This document shows positions 1 through 14,000 of a stretch of DNA of 49,569 nt, piece after piece. Position 1 is the first letter of the stretch, and each line of letters opens with the position of its first letter. Both the position numbers and the translations under genes were made by a program. Source of the DNA: Phoronis australis (Eukaryota > Animalia > Phoronida); assembly GCA_002633005.1 (NCBI GenBank), contig NMRA01000387.1, forward strand, positions 120,741 to 170,309, written 5' to 3'. The notes under the pieces are model-generated. The model worked only from the letters and a program-made list of their open reading frames with translations, did no database searches and was not told where the DNA came from.

Positions 1-165
1 GACACCAAGTTGCAGGGTACACATAGACACCAAGTTGCAAGGTACACATAGACACCAAGTTGCAGGGTACACATAGACACCAAGTTCCAGAGTACACATA
101 GACACCAAGTTGCAGGGTACACATAGACACCAAGTTGCAGGGTACAAATAGACATCAAGTTCCAG
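1..165. repeat. 25-bp minisatellite (GACACCAAGTTGCAGGGTACACATA) x~6.6, probably continues upstream
   Basis: Head-to-tail copies with 0-2 substitutions and no spacers. Confidence 0.95.
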
Positions 166-1926
166 TTGGAGCATTAAAATTACATGAAACTTACCAATAC
201 AAATCATGATTGTCAATAATCAACACAAATGAATGTTGAGGTGAGTGACTGAGTAACTAAGTGAGAGAATCAAGAAAATAGCCGTTTTCGCACACACAAG
301 AAAATCCAAACACAAAACATTCATCCAAATTGATTTCATAAACCTCTGTCATCATAGAGCTGAAAAGCAAAACTGACTACCCACATTCCGTTTCACAATC
401 ATCCTTGGTACATGATGTACAAAAATAGCCTTCAAAAACACACGAGCAATGCAAAATAACATTTTCAGCATACATGTATTAATTAGATTTATAGATATTC
501 ATCACAACCAAGGATCACGTGCATAGAAGTTAAACACTGAAGAAAAAACACTGCCCATAATTGAGCAGCACTTGCCCTGGTTCATTCAATTATGCTTTGA
601 CACCATGCAATGAATCAAACTTGTCCAGCTGATTGCACAATCCTACCTGGATCACTGGAAACTAATATATGCAATAACTAGATCAAGTGAAAATTGCAAA
701 CTTCAAACAAAAACAAATCAAGTTTACTTTGACAGCTCTTTTTTTCACTAAATTCATTTAACATTCCATTGTGGCAACCATTTTGTAAGAACAATTCCGA
801 AGCCTTTGGAATTTTGTATCAAAAAGAAAATCATCTGGATCAAGTATCTGGGTCAAGAATCTGTTCTCGAAACCGGATTAAAAATTGACCAATTGAATTA
901 TACACTTCAAGAAAACTTGTACTCGAATCATGCGGCACGACTGAGTAAGTTTCAAGTGTGAGTTAAGGTTAACTCTGAGCTCAGCGATTAGACACTGTGA
1001 CGGCAAGACTTTGCACTACAATTTGTATATAAACTTCAAACAAAAATGAAATGGAAAGCGTATCTTTAAAAGAACTTTTAAATTGTAGCAGAATGAATCG
1101 TATTCTTGCAGGCAAAACCAGACTTGGTATGGGTGTTTAAACGATGGCAGAACATGTCGCATCAACAGCTGAAGTGTATACTGTAACTAGATTTTGGGAG
1201 ATCACATCAGACCCAGTATGCTGACGATAATCCCAGAATACACCCTTTTGAGAGGCCCAAAAATCCCAGTGTAACTTAACACTAAAGGAAAACCTAAACC
1301 AGTTTAATGAAATGAAATATGTGTCAAGCATAATACACCCATGAGGTTTAACATTGAATACAGCACAATAAATCCATGAGTCTTAACATCGAATACAGCT
1401 CCATCCGTGGGCGACAAGATGGTGTTAAATCACCTTGAACTCTTTGGTCATGGAGGTAGACAAATACTTTGCATGGCTGACCTACTTTTCAAAATATTAA
1501 CAACACATTAATCAGTGATACTTGCCTCTTTGTAAATTTCATGGTGTCAACATTGTAACTCACAATGCGATAACAAAAACTGCATTACAATGATGAACTA
1601 CATAATAATTAGATTGTGAGACAGTGGCTGGAGCATTTGCATGTGAAGCAGCAGGACAAGAGCTTGACACATGAGTTGCATTGTGGTGCTCTGCTACAAC
1701 AGCATGGGACTGTTCAGAACTTGAATAATTCAATAGACATGTGCAAAATCAAAACAAAAAGAATAATCACATGTCCTCACATTACAGCCACACACGTTGC
1801 GGCACAAAAATAAAATCACTTCTGAAAACGACTGGTTGGAAAAACTTGGGGCTCCTTTGAAGACATGCTGCAGTGAAGAGAAGAACAGCGCGTAACGCGT
1901 CTTCCCACTTCCCGGCCTCCATTGCC

Positions 1927-2013
1927 TTAATTTCCATCTTTTATTGCTAAATACAGTTCGTATGGCACACCCTTGACGTGAAGGTCCAGTAGAATTTGGC
2001 CGACTGCTTTGCC
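1927..2013 (-). CDS. AtuA-like terminal exon 19 ([28 protein letters not shown])
   Basis: ttttag acceptor, GKAxGQxLL motif, TAA stop at 1927-1929. Confidence 0.9.
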   Translation of the reverse strand, partial: GKAVGQILLDLHVKGVPYELYLAIKDGN

Positions 2014-5000
2014 CTAAAAACGCATAAAAATGAAATCGTTTTAATAGATGAAGTGCAGCCAATCATTCATTGACATATCTTTCCAGCAACAAAAATCAAC
2101 ATGTCCACTGATATGAAAAAGAACTGTCATTTTAAACATTCTCAGTCGAATTTTATTTATTAATAACCAAAAGGTTGATCGTGAAAATTTGATTCAATGG
2201 GACTGCATTGCTTACCTGAGGGTCACTTCGTAACGAGGCAATGCCTCCGCCCCCAAGGGCATTCTTTAGAACAAAATTGAAGGCGTGTATTCCAGGCAAC
2301 TCATACCTGTAATAGGTTACAGTAAAAATTCTTCAACTTAGAATAAAATTAATGACTCCAATAGACATGTTTCCACATTTCAAAAAGGTAACTACAGTAT
2401 CACAAACGCTCAACCTTCATCAAATGTTGTCAGCCAATGAATCGTGATGACTTAATTTTGTCAGGGTATATTTTAAACTGTGCTCACCAAGAGCTAATAA
2501 ATTCACAAGTTGGTCCTCCCATAAATACATGCACAAGCGAGGCACTCTACACAGATGAGAGATGATTACTAGGGTCTGTTTCATAAAAGTGACTCAAGAC
2601 ATAGAAGTCAGAAATTTGCCCTTAGGCTCCAACTTCACAATTGCTGAAAAAGTTTAGTCATGTAATTATGAGCGCATCACACACTAGAAATAAGAAATTA
2701 TTTCAGTAACTAGTAGTTCCATTGTATAATCTCAGAGAATTTAGACTTTCACACGAGTGAGATTTATTTTTCAAAAATAGTAGCGTGGAACGTAAGACCA
2801 AATTTCTGTCTTAAGTCACTTTTCATGAAACAAACTCGATAAAAACCCATGTGACAATTCATTATTGCTGAAATCACGCTGCATAAATTGACTTGTCACG
2901 GCGTGTCATTATATGAACCGAGTATTGTCTTGATCCCTACCTAACTGTCAGTGCTTCACTAGCTCAGGTATCATTCTTCATCTGAGTGAAGCGATTTACA
3001 GAAATTATCTCAGTCACTAGTACTTTCATGTATATTCATCTGAGTTTCTTTAGCTGCTGAAGGCCCATTTGTAGCCCTTCGAAAAAACCAACCCATGCTA
3101 AGTTGTTGGTTACAAACTTTTAATTGCTATGCAGACGATGAAAAATTACAAAGAAACAAAAAACATAAAAACCATTATTGTGGTAAGATTGTGACTACTT
3201 GTTGCTGAGAGAGTCAACCAAAGGAGAAATCCCACAGTAAGTGAGAAATCAACCATGGAAAACCGAGTAAAGATGAAGTCACAGCTGCAGATGTGTGTGT
3301 CAGAGCGCTTCTCTATTTCATGGTATTTTCACCAATAATGTACCTTTGTATTCTTTCATTAACATCACCACTCCTGTCCTCGAACAGATGACCCAAAAAG
3401 CTATCAATAGCCTCGACGGTTAGTGCCTGCCGTAAGTACGGCATAAAGCGAGGGTCCCGGGCAACAACACCTATGTTGACGCTGTTGCCTTTGTCACCGC
3501 TGCGCGTGTACGCCAGCTCCCCCAACCTAAAAACATACAAGAGATTTGCCCTGCTGTGAAGGAAGCAGTTCCAGAACAGCAGCAGTCATTACTTACTAAG
3601 TTGATAACGGAAAAATCCCACCAAGAATAAAGCAGCACCGCCACGGCAGCAGTAATTACAGGAGAATCTCTATTTTTCGATAGCCCTAATGCAAAAGTGG
3701 AATATCTTAAAATCAATTCCTAACAGTGTTTTGGAGAACAGTGCATAAAGTATAGTAAGTGAAAGACACGTGAATGCGGTCAGCTATTTATGTCAGAGAT
3801 AAGATGTCCCGAAGTTTGCCAAATTTGCCATTTTTCTAGGGTTGTTGCTCCGTGAATTTGTGGGGATTTTCAAAAAAGTTGGCGACTTTGGCTGAAAATG
3901 ATGCATGTGGGCACTTTTTCCTTTAAATAGAGCAGATTTGAAACAAGTTGGCTCACAGACCATAACCAACTTTGCTTTTTGGCCTGACTGAAAAAGTGTT
4001 ATCTCCAATTTGCACACAATAATACAGACTGCATTTTGTCTTTGAGCAAACTAGAGGGCGATTGCTTATTTTGCAAGAATGCTCACATGCAAAACGCTGT
4101 CCATAATCCCTGCATCAACTTTGACAAGAAGGAAGATAAAAGAGGAAGTTTCTCCGAGGTGACATATTTCTAAATGGTTTTTGAAGAGTCTGTGGATGAA
4201 CTTCAGAGCCACCTATAGTTCATGTGTGATTTGGATGGAGGAGGTTCAAAGCAGCATTTTTGAAGTTTTCAAGCCATCCAACTTGGACTGTTTCAATAGA
4301 AAGTGCTCACATGGATGATTAGTGAAAAACAAAATGTCACAATCTTTCCACGGATAAAAAAATAAAAGTCCTCATAAACTCAACCTTATTTTGTCCACCA
4401 GAATTTGAGACTGCATATAGCGGAGTGACCTTCAGGCTCCAACAGTGCTAAGGAGTCACAAGTTTGCAATAGTATAAATCAAACGCTGTGTCTGCTTCAA
4501 TGAAAACGTACTTGAAAGGACACGTTCCACGAGAGGGTGCTTTGGGGTATTTGACTAATATGTACCACTGACAGCCCATTTTGCAGAACTTATATAATAA
4601 CAATTAAACGCAATCAAGCATGTGGTAACTGATATGACATGACTTCATAGAGGAGCATACCTAAACTTCATCACGTGTTCATCTTTGTGGTGCACAAACT
4701 TCAGACCCACGCTGGTTGAAGACACCTCTTCACCACTGAAGTCGGTATGTTGTACATCCATGGGAGCAGTAGATTTTGTTAGCACCATCGACGGATGGAA
4801 TGTCTCAACCTTTTCACCATTCATATGGATATCAACCTGTAATTGACATTATGTGGACCAACACCCTCAGCATATGATGTTACGGTAGTTGCAACAAGAA
4901 CTAAGTCTAACTGAAAACAAAAATCAGTGACAGCGTGCCTTTTTATGGGGTGCTGCCTACGCTTGGCAACCAGAAAATATGGTAACCCCCGAGACATCGT

Positions 5001-8000
5001 AGGTCTCCCAGTGACATGATACCTATCGCTGCCAAGTAAAAATAACATGCAAAATGCAGGTGATTACAAGGTATTGCAATGCTAGTGTTGAATACTTCTT
5101 AAGACAATTCTTCACTTATTTCGCACAAAAATAATTACAAAAATGGTCATTTTCCCATTTTTCAAAGGCTGATTATCTTTTTGCAAACAATGGGTCAGTT
5201 TCAGCTAATGCCGTATTACATCTTTAGCTCTTATCACCATAAGACTCCATTTGCATTTCTGGGTGAAACGTTTAACATGTTTATGATGCAATATCAAAGG
5301 ATGACCAGACACAATCACAATTTTCTTGAAATGAAATTTTGAAAATAAGAGTTGGCGGCGCGGAATATTTTTGTTGCTCACTTTTTCAAAAAGAAAGTCC
5401 ATTTGAGATAAGCAAAAAGGAGGCAGTATGTGTTTGTTTACTCATCGCTTGGCAAATCACGTATTTCAAATCTTTCTTACATGCCACTGAGGGGCCTTTC
5501 AAGCAAGAGCACAAAACCTTGGCTGAAATTGATTTGGTCGGGTGGTTTTTAATTGGTGAGCGCAAGTCATAAATAAGGATAAAGAACAGAACTAATTTTG
5601 CTTTTTTGACCTAATTGAAAAATAGTGTCATATTCTAAGTATCAGCTCCTTCTCAAGGGCGACTGTTCAAGAACAACAACGCTGAAACCCAAACAAATGA
5701 TTTGAGAGTGTGTAACATGTTTCTACATCAATTAGTTTTCCTACCAAATTGTTCCCTATCCACTGTCTCGGGTATCTTGATCTTAAAATCAGTTTAACCG
5801 TCAAAAACATAACATTTACCTTGATATCATCCTTTGGATACAGAAATGAAAACAGCTTCAAAACGGGAGACCTGAAATAAACACAAACATACTGTTACGA
5901 ATGAACTCGGAAAACACTAATTAAAGCTTCAACATTACTCCTTTTAACATAATTGATGAGAAAATAGATTTTCTGAGATCAGTCTCAGCGTGGAGACAAA
6001 CATGTAACCATTGCCAAGCATGGTCTGACACTCTGCTGAACCCCGCTTGATAAATGGCAAAGTATTTTACATGTCTTTAACTAAATGTTACTAGCCTTGA
6101 CTTCAATGAATCAACATCGAGAATTGGCTATTTGTAAAATCACAAAAACAGAATGGACTTTGTTGTTTTAAAGCTAATAACTTTAAGATGTCTATCTAAT
6201 CCAAGAATAATTCCAAAAATGTGTTTTTCAGCTGTAAAATAAATGCTGTCCCTTTAAACATAAATTTAACCAAATCTGTAAGTCTGGACTCAAAAACATC
6301 TTTGATCTGACAGCACCAGTTTCAGGGGTTTGCTGTCAGTACAGTTACATTTTGAAAGGATGCCCAGTGATTTCTGAAGGATTTTTGAGTCATAAATGCT
6401 CTCAGTGTTTTCGTAACAAGATACAAATTTGAGTATTTGCTACTTTAAACTTTGAGCCCATGTCCTTATGTCCAGAATATAAATTAACACTTCAATTGAT
6501 TGTTAAGTCCTATCATTGTAAAGAGAATGTCGTCACCAATGTTGAAGGGTTATGCGACTTGAATTTGTTTTTTGAGACAACTAAACAGAATATAATTTTA
6601 TGTGGTCATCTGTAAAATTACTTCTCTTACCTGCTACAGACCTGTTGCAAAACGAGGAAACATGAGAAAGATGAAAATAATTACGAAAATGACCACCAAT
6701 GCTTTGGCAAAGTCCCCCATGATAGTCATACTTGGCAAAAGATTCAATGCACTAACTGTTAACAATGCTGGGTACTAATTTGAGAGAAAAAAAATAAGTG
6801 CTGTCTTCCTGGTGACCTTAGTCATATTGAAAAGGACTGAAAGTACTTAGTGACACAGTTCACTCATGAACGGTCAGCATTCAGCGATTAGAAAATAGTG
6901 AAAGCAAGAAATGAATAGGTTGGTTTTCAAACCTTGTGATAACAAGTAAATAAATAATACAATTATTCAAACTCTGCATAAAATAGGAACCCGAATGAAC
7001 GAACAAGAAAAGAGTAGTCAACACTATTTCATTTTAAATAACATGAAAATCGTAGTTTATTCACTGAAAGTTTTTTATAGTCAGTTGTTGCAAGTCTACA
7101 AAAGACCATGCAAAAATTACATTAATTTTCTATTACACAATCTGTTGCTTCATGTATGGTAGTCTTAGCAATAACATTTCAGTGCATCTTCAAATCACTT
7201 CACAATCAACTAGTCAATGAAATAATTCTGAATTGGCCAAACAACCTAAGTCAGTTTACATGATCATGCAACATGGAACAACACAGATATCAGATCTCCA
7301 TTGAACTGCCTAGTTCAGTGTCAGGAAATCGTCAATTACAACACAAGGCCTGTGGTTATGAGAATGCAGACATTCAAGTGGTCCAAAGAGGAAACAACAG
7401 ATCAAGACCAGACCTGTTGAGGTAGATTAAAGTCATACTTTATGTCTAGAAATTCATAATTTAAATTTCTAAGTTATTTGGTAAATTTTGTCTCCTGAAA
7501 AAATAGTGTAGTTTTGAATAAGCATATTTTGGAATCTAATGGGCGACTCAAAATTCACTATGTGGCAGTAGTGTCAAATGAGACCTACCCCTAGAAATGC
7601 ATCCATTAGGGTAGTCACGTGACTCCCTTAGTCCACACATGTCTGCATGTTGAACCATTTTCTGATTGCAATCTATTCAAATATTAAGAGGGACCTTTCT
7701 TCATTCATCAGCACCACCTAGTGAACATCAAGCCACTCATTTGGTCCGAGTTCCGATAGTTTTTGAGGTCATATTGCTACCAAGCCGTACTTTACAAAGA
7801 GAAAGGTCAAGATTGGCACACAACGGCAATATGCGCACGCAATTCTGCTGACTGGCATGTCATAAAACTAATTACATAAACAAGTTGATGTAATTAAAAT
7901 GGCAGATTTTTATTTTGAAATAGGGGTCAACCGCAGCAAGTTTTTGAATTGATGGTCGAAGAAAGACGCCAAACCATACCTCACACGTCATGTAACTTTT

Positions 8001-11000
8001 TCCATTTCGGATGCCTTTGAGTACATAATAATCTATGGGAAAGTTATAATAGTAAGCCCTGTCTCAGCAAAAAACAATTACCCTTAAGTTTCCTGGTAAG
8101 ACGACAACAACCTAGCAATAGTTCATGACACCTGTGATACAATATGGATAATGAAATGCACGAAACTTGCTCTGAAATTTACCAGCAATGTACAGGAACG
8201 GTATGGAAAATGAATAGAACAGAATCTTATTGAATACTTACACACGTGGTCTACCACCAACAAGAGCTGTGAAGCCAGGAGCTGTAAATGAAAAAGTGAT
8301 TCAAAATCTGTTGTCAACCAGAATGAAATAATTAATTGGAAACAGATTCAAAACTGTGCTAACAAATCTGGTTTTGGCTATTTCAACCCAAAACAGTTCT
8401 GTCAATATCTTACACAGCCATCCGATCTTTGGATTTAGAGGTCTGGAATTATGAACTAGAGGTTCAGCCTTTAGAATTAGTCATCCAATCTTTAGATTTA
8501 GAGGTTTGAGTTCTCAATTCAAAAGTCTGACCTTTGGATTTAGAGGTCTGGAATTATGAACTAAAGGTTCAGCCTTTAGAATTAGTCATCCAATCTTTCG
8601 ATTTAGAGATTTGACTTCTCAATTTAAAAGTCTGACCTTTGGATTTAGAGGCTCCACCTTTGAGGAATCCGATGATGTAGTGTCCCCATGAGTCATAATC
8701 AGGTGATTAGTGTAATAGGCCCGGCCTTGTGGCCTAAACACGCCTGATGTACCGCAAAAGGCAACAGGATTTAAAGACAAGGTTTCAGAAATCGAGGATT
8801 TGAAATTTGAAAATAAAATGGTTATAAACCTGTCTTCCATCACAAAAAGAAACAACTTTCAATTTAGACCACTTGCCATGATTATGACATAATTTCACGT
8901 TTTTCCTTTTGTTAGTCAAATTGGAGATAATATCAGGGCTTCAATAGAACTGAGAGTTCGTTACGGCTGGACAACAGGATATATAAGTGGGCATGTCACG
9001 GTGGGTCATTTTATGCACCAAGCATCGTCTCAAGAAATAGTGACCTGTCAGTTACTTACAAACCTAGAAATCACTTCTCACTGAAGGAAGGAAAAGGCAA
9101 GACCAATTTTATAGTGGCAAGTCATGGTCTAAATTAAAAGTTTGCTTCTTGGACAGAACGTGGGTTTACAGCCGCTTTAAGCGTTCAGCCCTTGGATTAT
9201 AAGGTGTGACCTCTAAATCCATTCATACTCTCTGCCCTGCCCATGAATGCACCCTGTCCATGACTGCACCCTGCCCATGACAGCACCCTGTCCATGACTG
9301 CACCCTGCCCATGACTGCACCCTCCCCATGACTGCACCCTCCCCACGACTGCACCCTGTCCAAACACTTACCCATGCCTGTTCCTGCTGGTGCTAATTCT
9401 GATGCTAGAACTTCCAGAGCCTTCTTCTGCCGATGGTGTGCTGACATCCATAACACAGCCTCCCTGATGGCATGGGTACCATCCTCAGCCAGCAACTGTA
9501 CAGAAAAATGATGGCTAGACCCGTAATAATCTTAAACTTTAAATTAATTTCCATATATTCAAAATTTTCTAATTCATCCATAGAAGTGTTTGATCAAAGT
9601 TCGGTCTTGATGACAAGCTAAAAATTCCAGTTCCAGCTCAAGATTTCAAATTCAAACTCTTAGATGAATTTTAATTTGAGGCCCATGGCTTCCAAAGAGG
9701 CGGTACACATAAAATTATAGTGCCCAAAATGTTTGGAAAATGCTATAACTACACNCACCCTCTTCATTACTGCACCCTCCCCACGACTGCACCCTGTCCA
9801 AACACTTACCCATGCCTGTTCCTGCTGGTGCTAATTCTGATGCTAGAACTTCCAGAGCCTTCTTCTGCCGATGGTGTGCTGACATCCATAACACAGCCTC
9901 CCTGATGGCATGGGTACCATCCTCAGCCAGCAACTGTACAGAAAAATGATGGCTAGACCCGTAATAATCTTAAACTTTAAATTAATTTCCATATATTCAA
10001 AATTTTCTAATTCATCCATAGAAGTGTTTGATCAAAGTTCGGTCTTGATGACAAGCTAAAAATTCCAGTTCCAGCTCAAGATTTCAAATTCAAACTCTTA
10101 GATGAATTTTAATTTGAGGCCCATGGCTTCCAAAGAGGCGGTACACATAAAATTATAGTGCCCAAAATGTTTGGAAAATGCTATAACTACACGCCCACAC
10201 GTTCACACATATTTAAATCTTCATGTTGAGACATTGAATGTGTGCTTTGAATAAGTATGAAACGGTTAATCATGTTTTTTAAATTCTACGTCCATTTTTG
10301 GCAAAGAATTGTGGGAGTTGCTGATATTTAATTTTTAGATCAAAAAATACTTCTTGACAGACACATAATATGCATAATATCTTGATAGCCTTTAAAAGTG
10401 CGCACATCGAGTGTATTGCTACCAAGCCAGAAGAACAAATATTCACAGTGCATTTTACATAGACAAGAATCAAGAACATGAACAAATTAGGCAATAAGTG
10501 TACATTTAACATGTTCTGTAACACAGTTGATGCATCCTTCTGACTAGTGTGTCACAAAAGTAATATTCATTTTCACAGAAACCAATTGTCCAGCTAAGCA
10601 GAGCCCAACCTAGCAATATGGTTTATGGCTTTCTCATGCTGGGTGTGTAATCAGACAACGTGCACAGAACTGGCTCTCAAATTTACCCGCAGCGAGTGCG
10701 GAAAAACAGCTAGATGCTCCTTAGGCTTTATTAGGTTGGTTACCGTTAGCACAATTTGCCACCATTGTATCACACTCTGGTTAGTATTAGAAAGGAGTAG
10801 GGCGTAATAACTTTACCACAATCAGTTACTGTAACAGAGTTGTTACAGAGTGGGGTTTAAGGGGGTGCCTACCCTTACATCTGTGACCAAAAAAACAATT
10901 ATTCAGGCTATTGTGAGCCATACTAATTTGCCTTTTACGTGTCAAAACTTTGTCAACATTTGGCACTGTCCAGTTTAACAGTTTATGTTGTTTATTTTAA

Positions 11001-14000
11001 CTAACCATTGGCCATGAATATGAAGAGGAAGAAGTTGCTTTAAAACCACAGCCACGTTGCTTGTAGACTTCCAATCAACTTACAGCGCTATTCCGTGCAA
11101 ACTCCGGGTACGATTCTTCAGCGCCAAACACCTGAACATTGGTCTTTGTGAAATCTTCCAATCCAAGTTGCTTGAACATGCGACGAGATCTACAACAGCA
11201 GTTATCTCCAAGTCAAAGTTCAACTCTTGTGCTTCCAAAGAACAACAGTAATGTACTACTTTACGTGTAGTGTGGCAGACAGAAGAAATTTTAATAAAAT
11301 TCTCAACAAAAATAAAGTGTCAGATATTGTTTATACAGTATTTTCATAAGGCATCAAATAACACTTAATGTTTAACGTTTTTACAGTTTACAGCTGCACC
11401 GGAGCCAGCCATTGAAAACTGCAGAATATCAGACGAGTACAGAATTACTTGTGTCATTAATAAGGTATAGAACTGTGGTTTCTTTATCAAACAAACGTGA
11501 TTTTCATTTTATGGTACCAAATTTACAGTATTGTTATTGATGATAAAAACTGATGAATGGAACATGAGAAATTTCTGCAATCTAATTTAATGCATTATAG
11601 CTACGTTCATCCTCGTAAGGCATCAACAGTAAGCACTGACTGGTATATCACAAAAGATAGAATCAGACCCATAGACATCGCTGGAAGAGCTTGCATATTG
11701 ATTGTTGAAAAGCAATGATGTAACTTTCTAAATGCATCATTTACTGAGCCAGTGAGCTTCGACACTCTGGATAACTTTTTAAGAACAATTACTCTGGTAT
11801 TATAGTACTAGTTATCAGCATGTCAGTGGAAAGCTTTGTAAAGCATTTATGACGAGTATCAAACAAAAGTTTATGTTTCAAAATGTTGCCTAATTTTGCA
11901 GTACTATGGCTACACGTAAGCATTGTGATTTCATGTAGTTGTACATTACATACCTTTTGAAAATGGCCTCCGCAGTTCTCTTCCCCTTTTCCACAGACTT
12001 AGGGCCACCTACGCACACAACCCCTGTCACGCGGAAGCCATCCGCATACGTAGCACTGACCTGGGTCATAAAACAGACACAGGCAAAAGTCAGATATGAC
12101 GTGCCAACATTTTGAGAACCAGTTTGATGCCTGTTATTCAGTGGAGAAAACTGGTTCTTAAAATGAGGAGGCATGTTATACCTGACTATTACCTTACTAA
12201 TCAGCTCAATGAAACTTTTTCCTGGTGGAAACTTACATTTTTTGCACCTACAGCCAAAAGGAATATCCATGAGCAATACTTATTTTCCCTTTCATTTCCA
12301 CTTATTCATACTTATGAATTGTTTTATAGAAGTGCTAATTGAAACTTGTTTTGGCGTCTGCAGATGTTTATCATAAGCAACATGTCTGCCAATAAACAAG
12401 TGATTCAGAAATAAAAAATTTCCTTGCCCATCATTGGAATCCAATCCACAATTTGTACTCCTAGCAAGAAGCCAAAAATCAAAATCATTAAATCAAAATG
12501 TTATTAGCTATTTAGCTATTCAAGAGACTGTACAACAGCAAACTGAAGAATTTTTATTTCAGTCATAACCATGAATGACTTCTTATCATAATAGACTTGT
12601 AAGCTATGTAATAACAACATGTCCCAAATGTTTGGCTAGTCATCTTACCTTGTAGGTATCTGAGGAAGGCTTTCCTTTGGCACCTGTGACTTTCACAGCA
12701 TGGTCGCGACCTGAAGCAACATATTAGTGACAATTTATCATCAAGCTATCAAGTAACAAACAATTTCATTATAACAAAATCTGCACTTTTTTCTTTTTTT
12801 TTCAAGTGGTTCTAACATTGGCCAGAGTTTTTTTTTAATACATTCCTTGTTGGTAACTATGGTACAAAGCTTGACTATGGTAACTTATCATTTTTGTACC
12901 TATGAATCATTAACAAAAAATGAGAAAATGTAATTTCATCTCTCCATCATACTATGTCCTAAATTATTGAAATATTACAAGCTAAGATGATTCAAAGTGG
13001 AATTTTTATTACAAGCAATTCATTGTGATTGTTCGTAAACTCAAAGTGGATTTTCCACTTGAATGTAAATTATGACCACAATTGTAACATTTTGTTCTAA
13101 CAAAAATGTAGCCTCGGTTTCGCAATAACATGCCTACTACCATCTGGCTTTGGAACCTTCGATAAAACCAAGCCCAGCTACATTAGGCAGGATGTGACAC
13201 CAGAATTACAGATGGTGCTCTAGGTATTATGCCACAATACTTAGTGGTTCACCACCTATAGAGTTCAAGGAGGTGAAATCGTTTAACTTGAGAATAGGCA
13301 TATTACTACAAAAAATCTTGGGACACAAATAATAAAATTGGAATTTTTCAGGACAATTTTTCAGATGCTTGCTACAGCACTGCAATGATAAAACATACCA
13401 AGTGTTGTTTGCTGACAGCTGTACTGAAAGAATTATGCTAAAGTCAAAGTAATTTTCATGAAAGCACAATTTTTGTTAAGAAATTTGACAAAATGAAAGT
13501 TTCCTTGTCTACCATATTGAAGCAGCTTTACCGTAAACAGATTTCAAGAAAAGTAAAAAATTGTAACAACTAGAAATCCAGTGTTTCATTCTAGAATTCA
13601 AAAAAATAAAACATTTGAAATTGCCAAGTCATATGAATACACAAAATGTACCGAGAGTGGCGTAGATGAAGTAATACTCCACGAGACATTATTTCACACA
13701 TTATGTCTCATGGACTCTTACTTCATCTACGCCAATCGAGGTACGTTTTGTATTTATCCCATACGCTTCGAATTCCTAACTTAGTTTCGTTCACTATTTT
13801 GGCAGATTTTTGAAATACTTCTCACAGACTGTTCAAGTGGCAGACCGCATCCTATCTGCTTGTGCATTAGGTTGCAAGTGTTCTATTATAGTAAAAGAAG
13901 CAATTTTAAATGTACCAATTTATTAGTTGAAGAATGATAAAAAGATGAAAATGACGGTAATTGTGCATTGAACTTGAAACATTTCCTGAAAATACTTAAA

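Larger units (their letters stand above)
9330..10192. repeat. ~425-bp direct duplication (offset 438) across an N at 9755, likely assembly overlap
   Basis: ~9330-9754 matches ~9768-10192 with no difference seen by eye. Confidence 0.9.

Noticed and set aside
1-165. 25-bp repeats as a CRISPR array
   Set aside because: Copies are directly adjacent with no unique spacers, there are no cas genes, and the context is eukaryotic
503-577. Alternative last AtuA exon (cag|GGC AAG: GKCCSIMG...) on the minus strand
   Set aside because: Poor pyrimidine tract and no family similarity; 1927..2013 gives the expected GKAxGQxLL
6090-6256. Second Kolobok-like end (tgctgtccct-TTAA)
   Set aside because: No matching left TIR found nearby
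9223-9933. Repetitive C-terminal peptide (GRVQSW...) in ORFs 9223..9495 and 9715..9933
   Set aside because: Read-through past the splice donor into the 17-bp minisatellite
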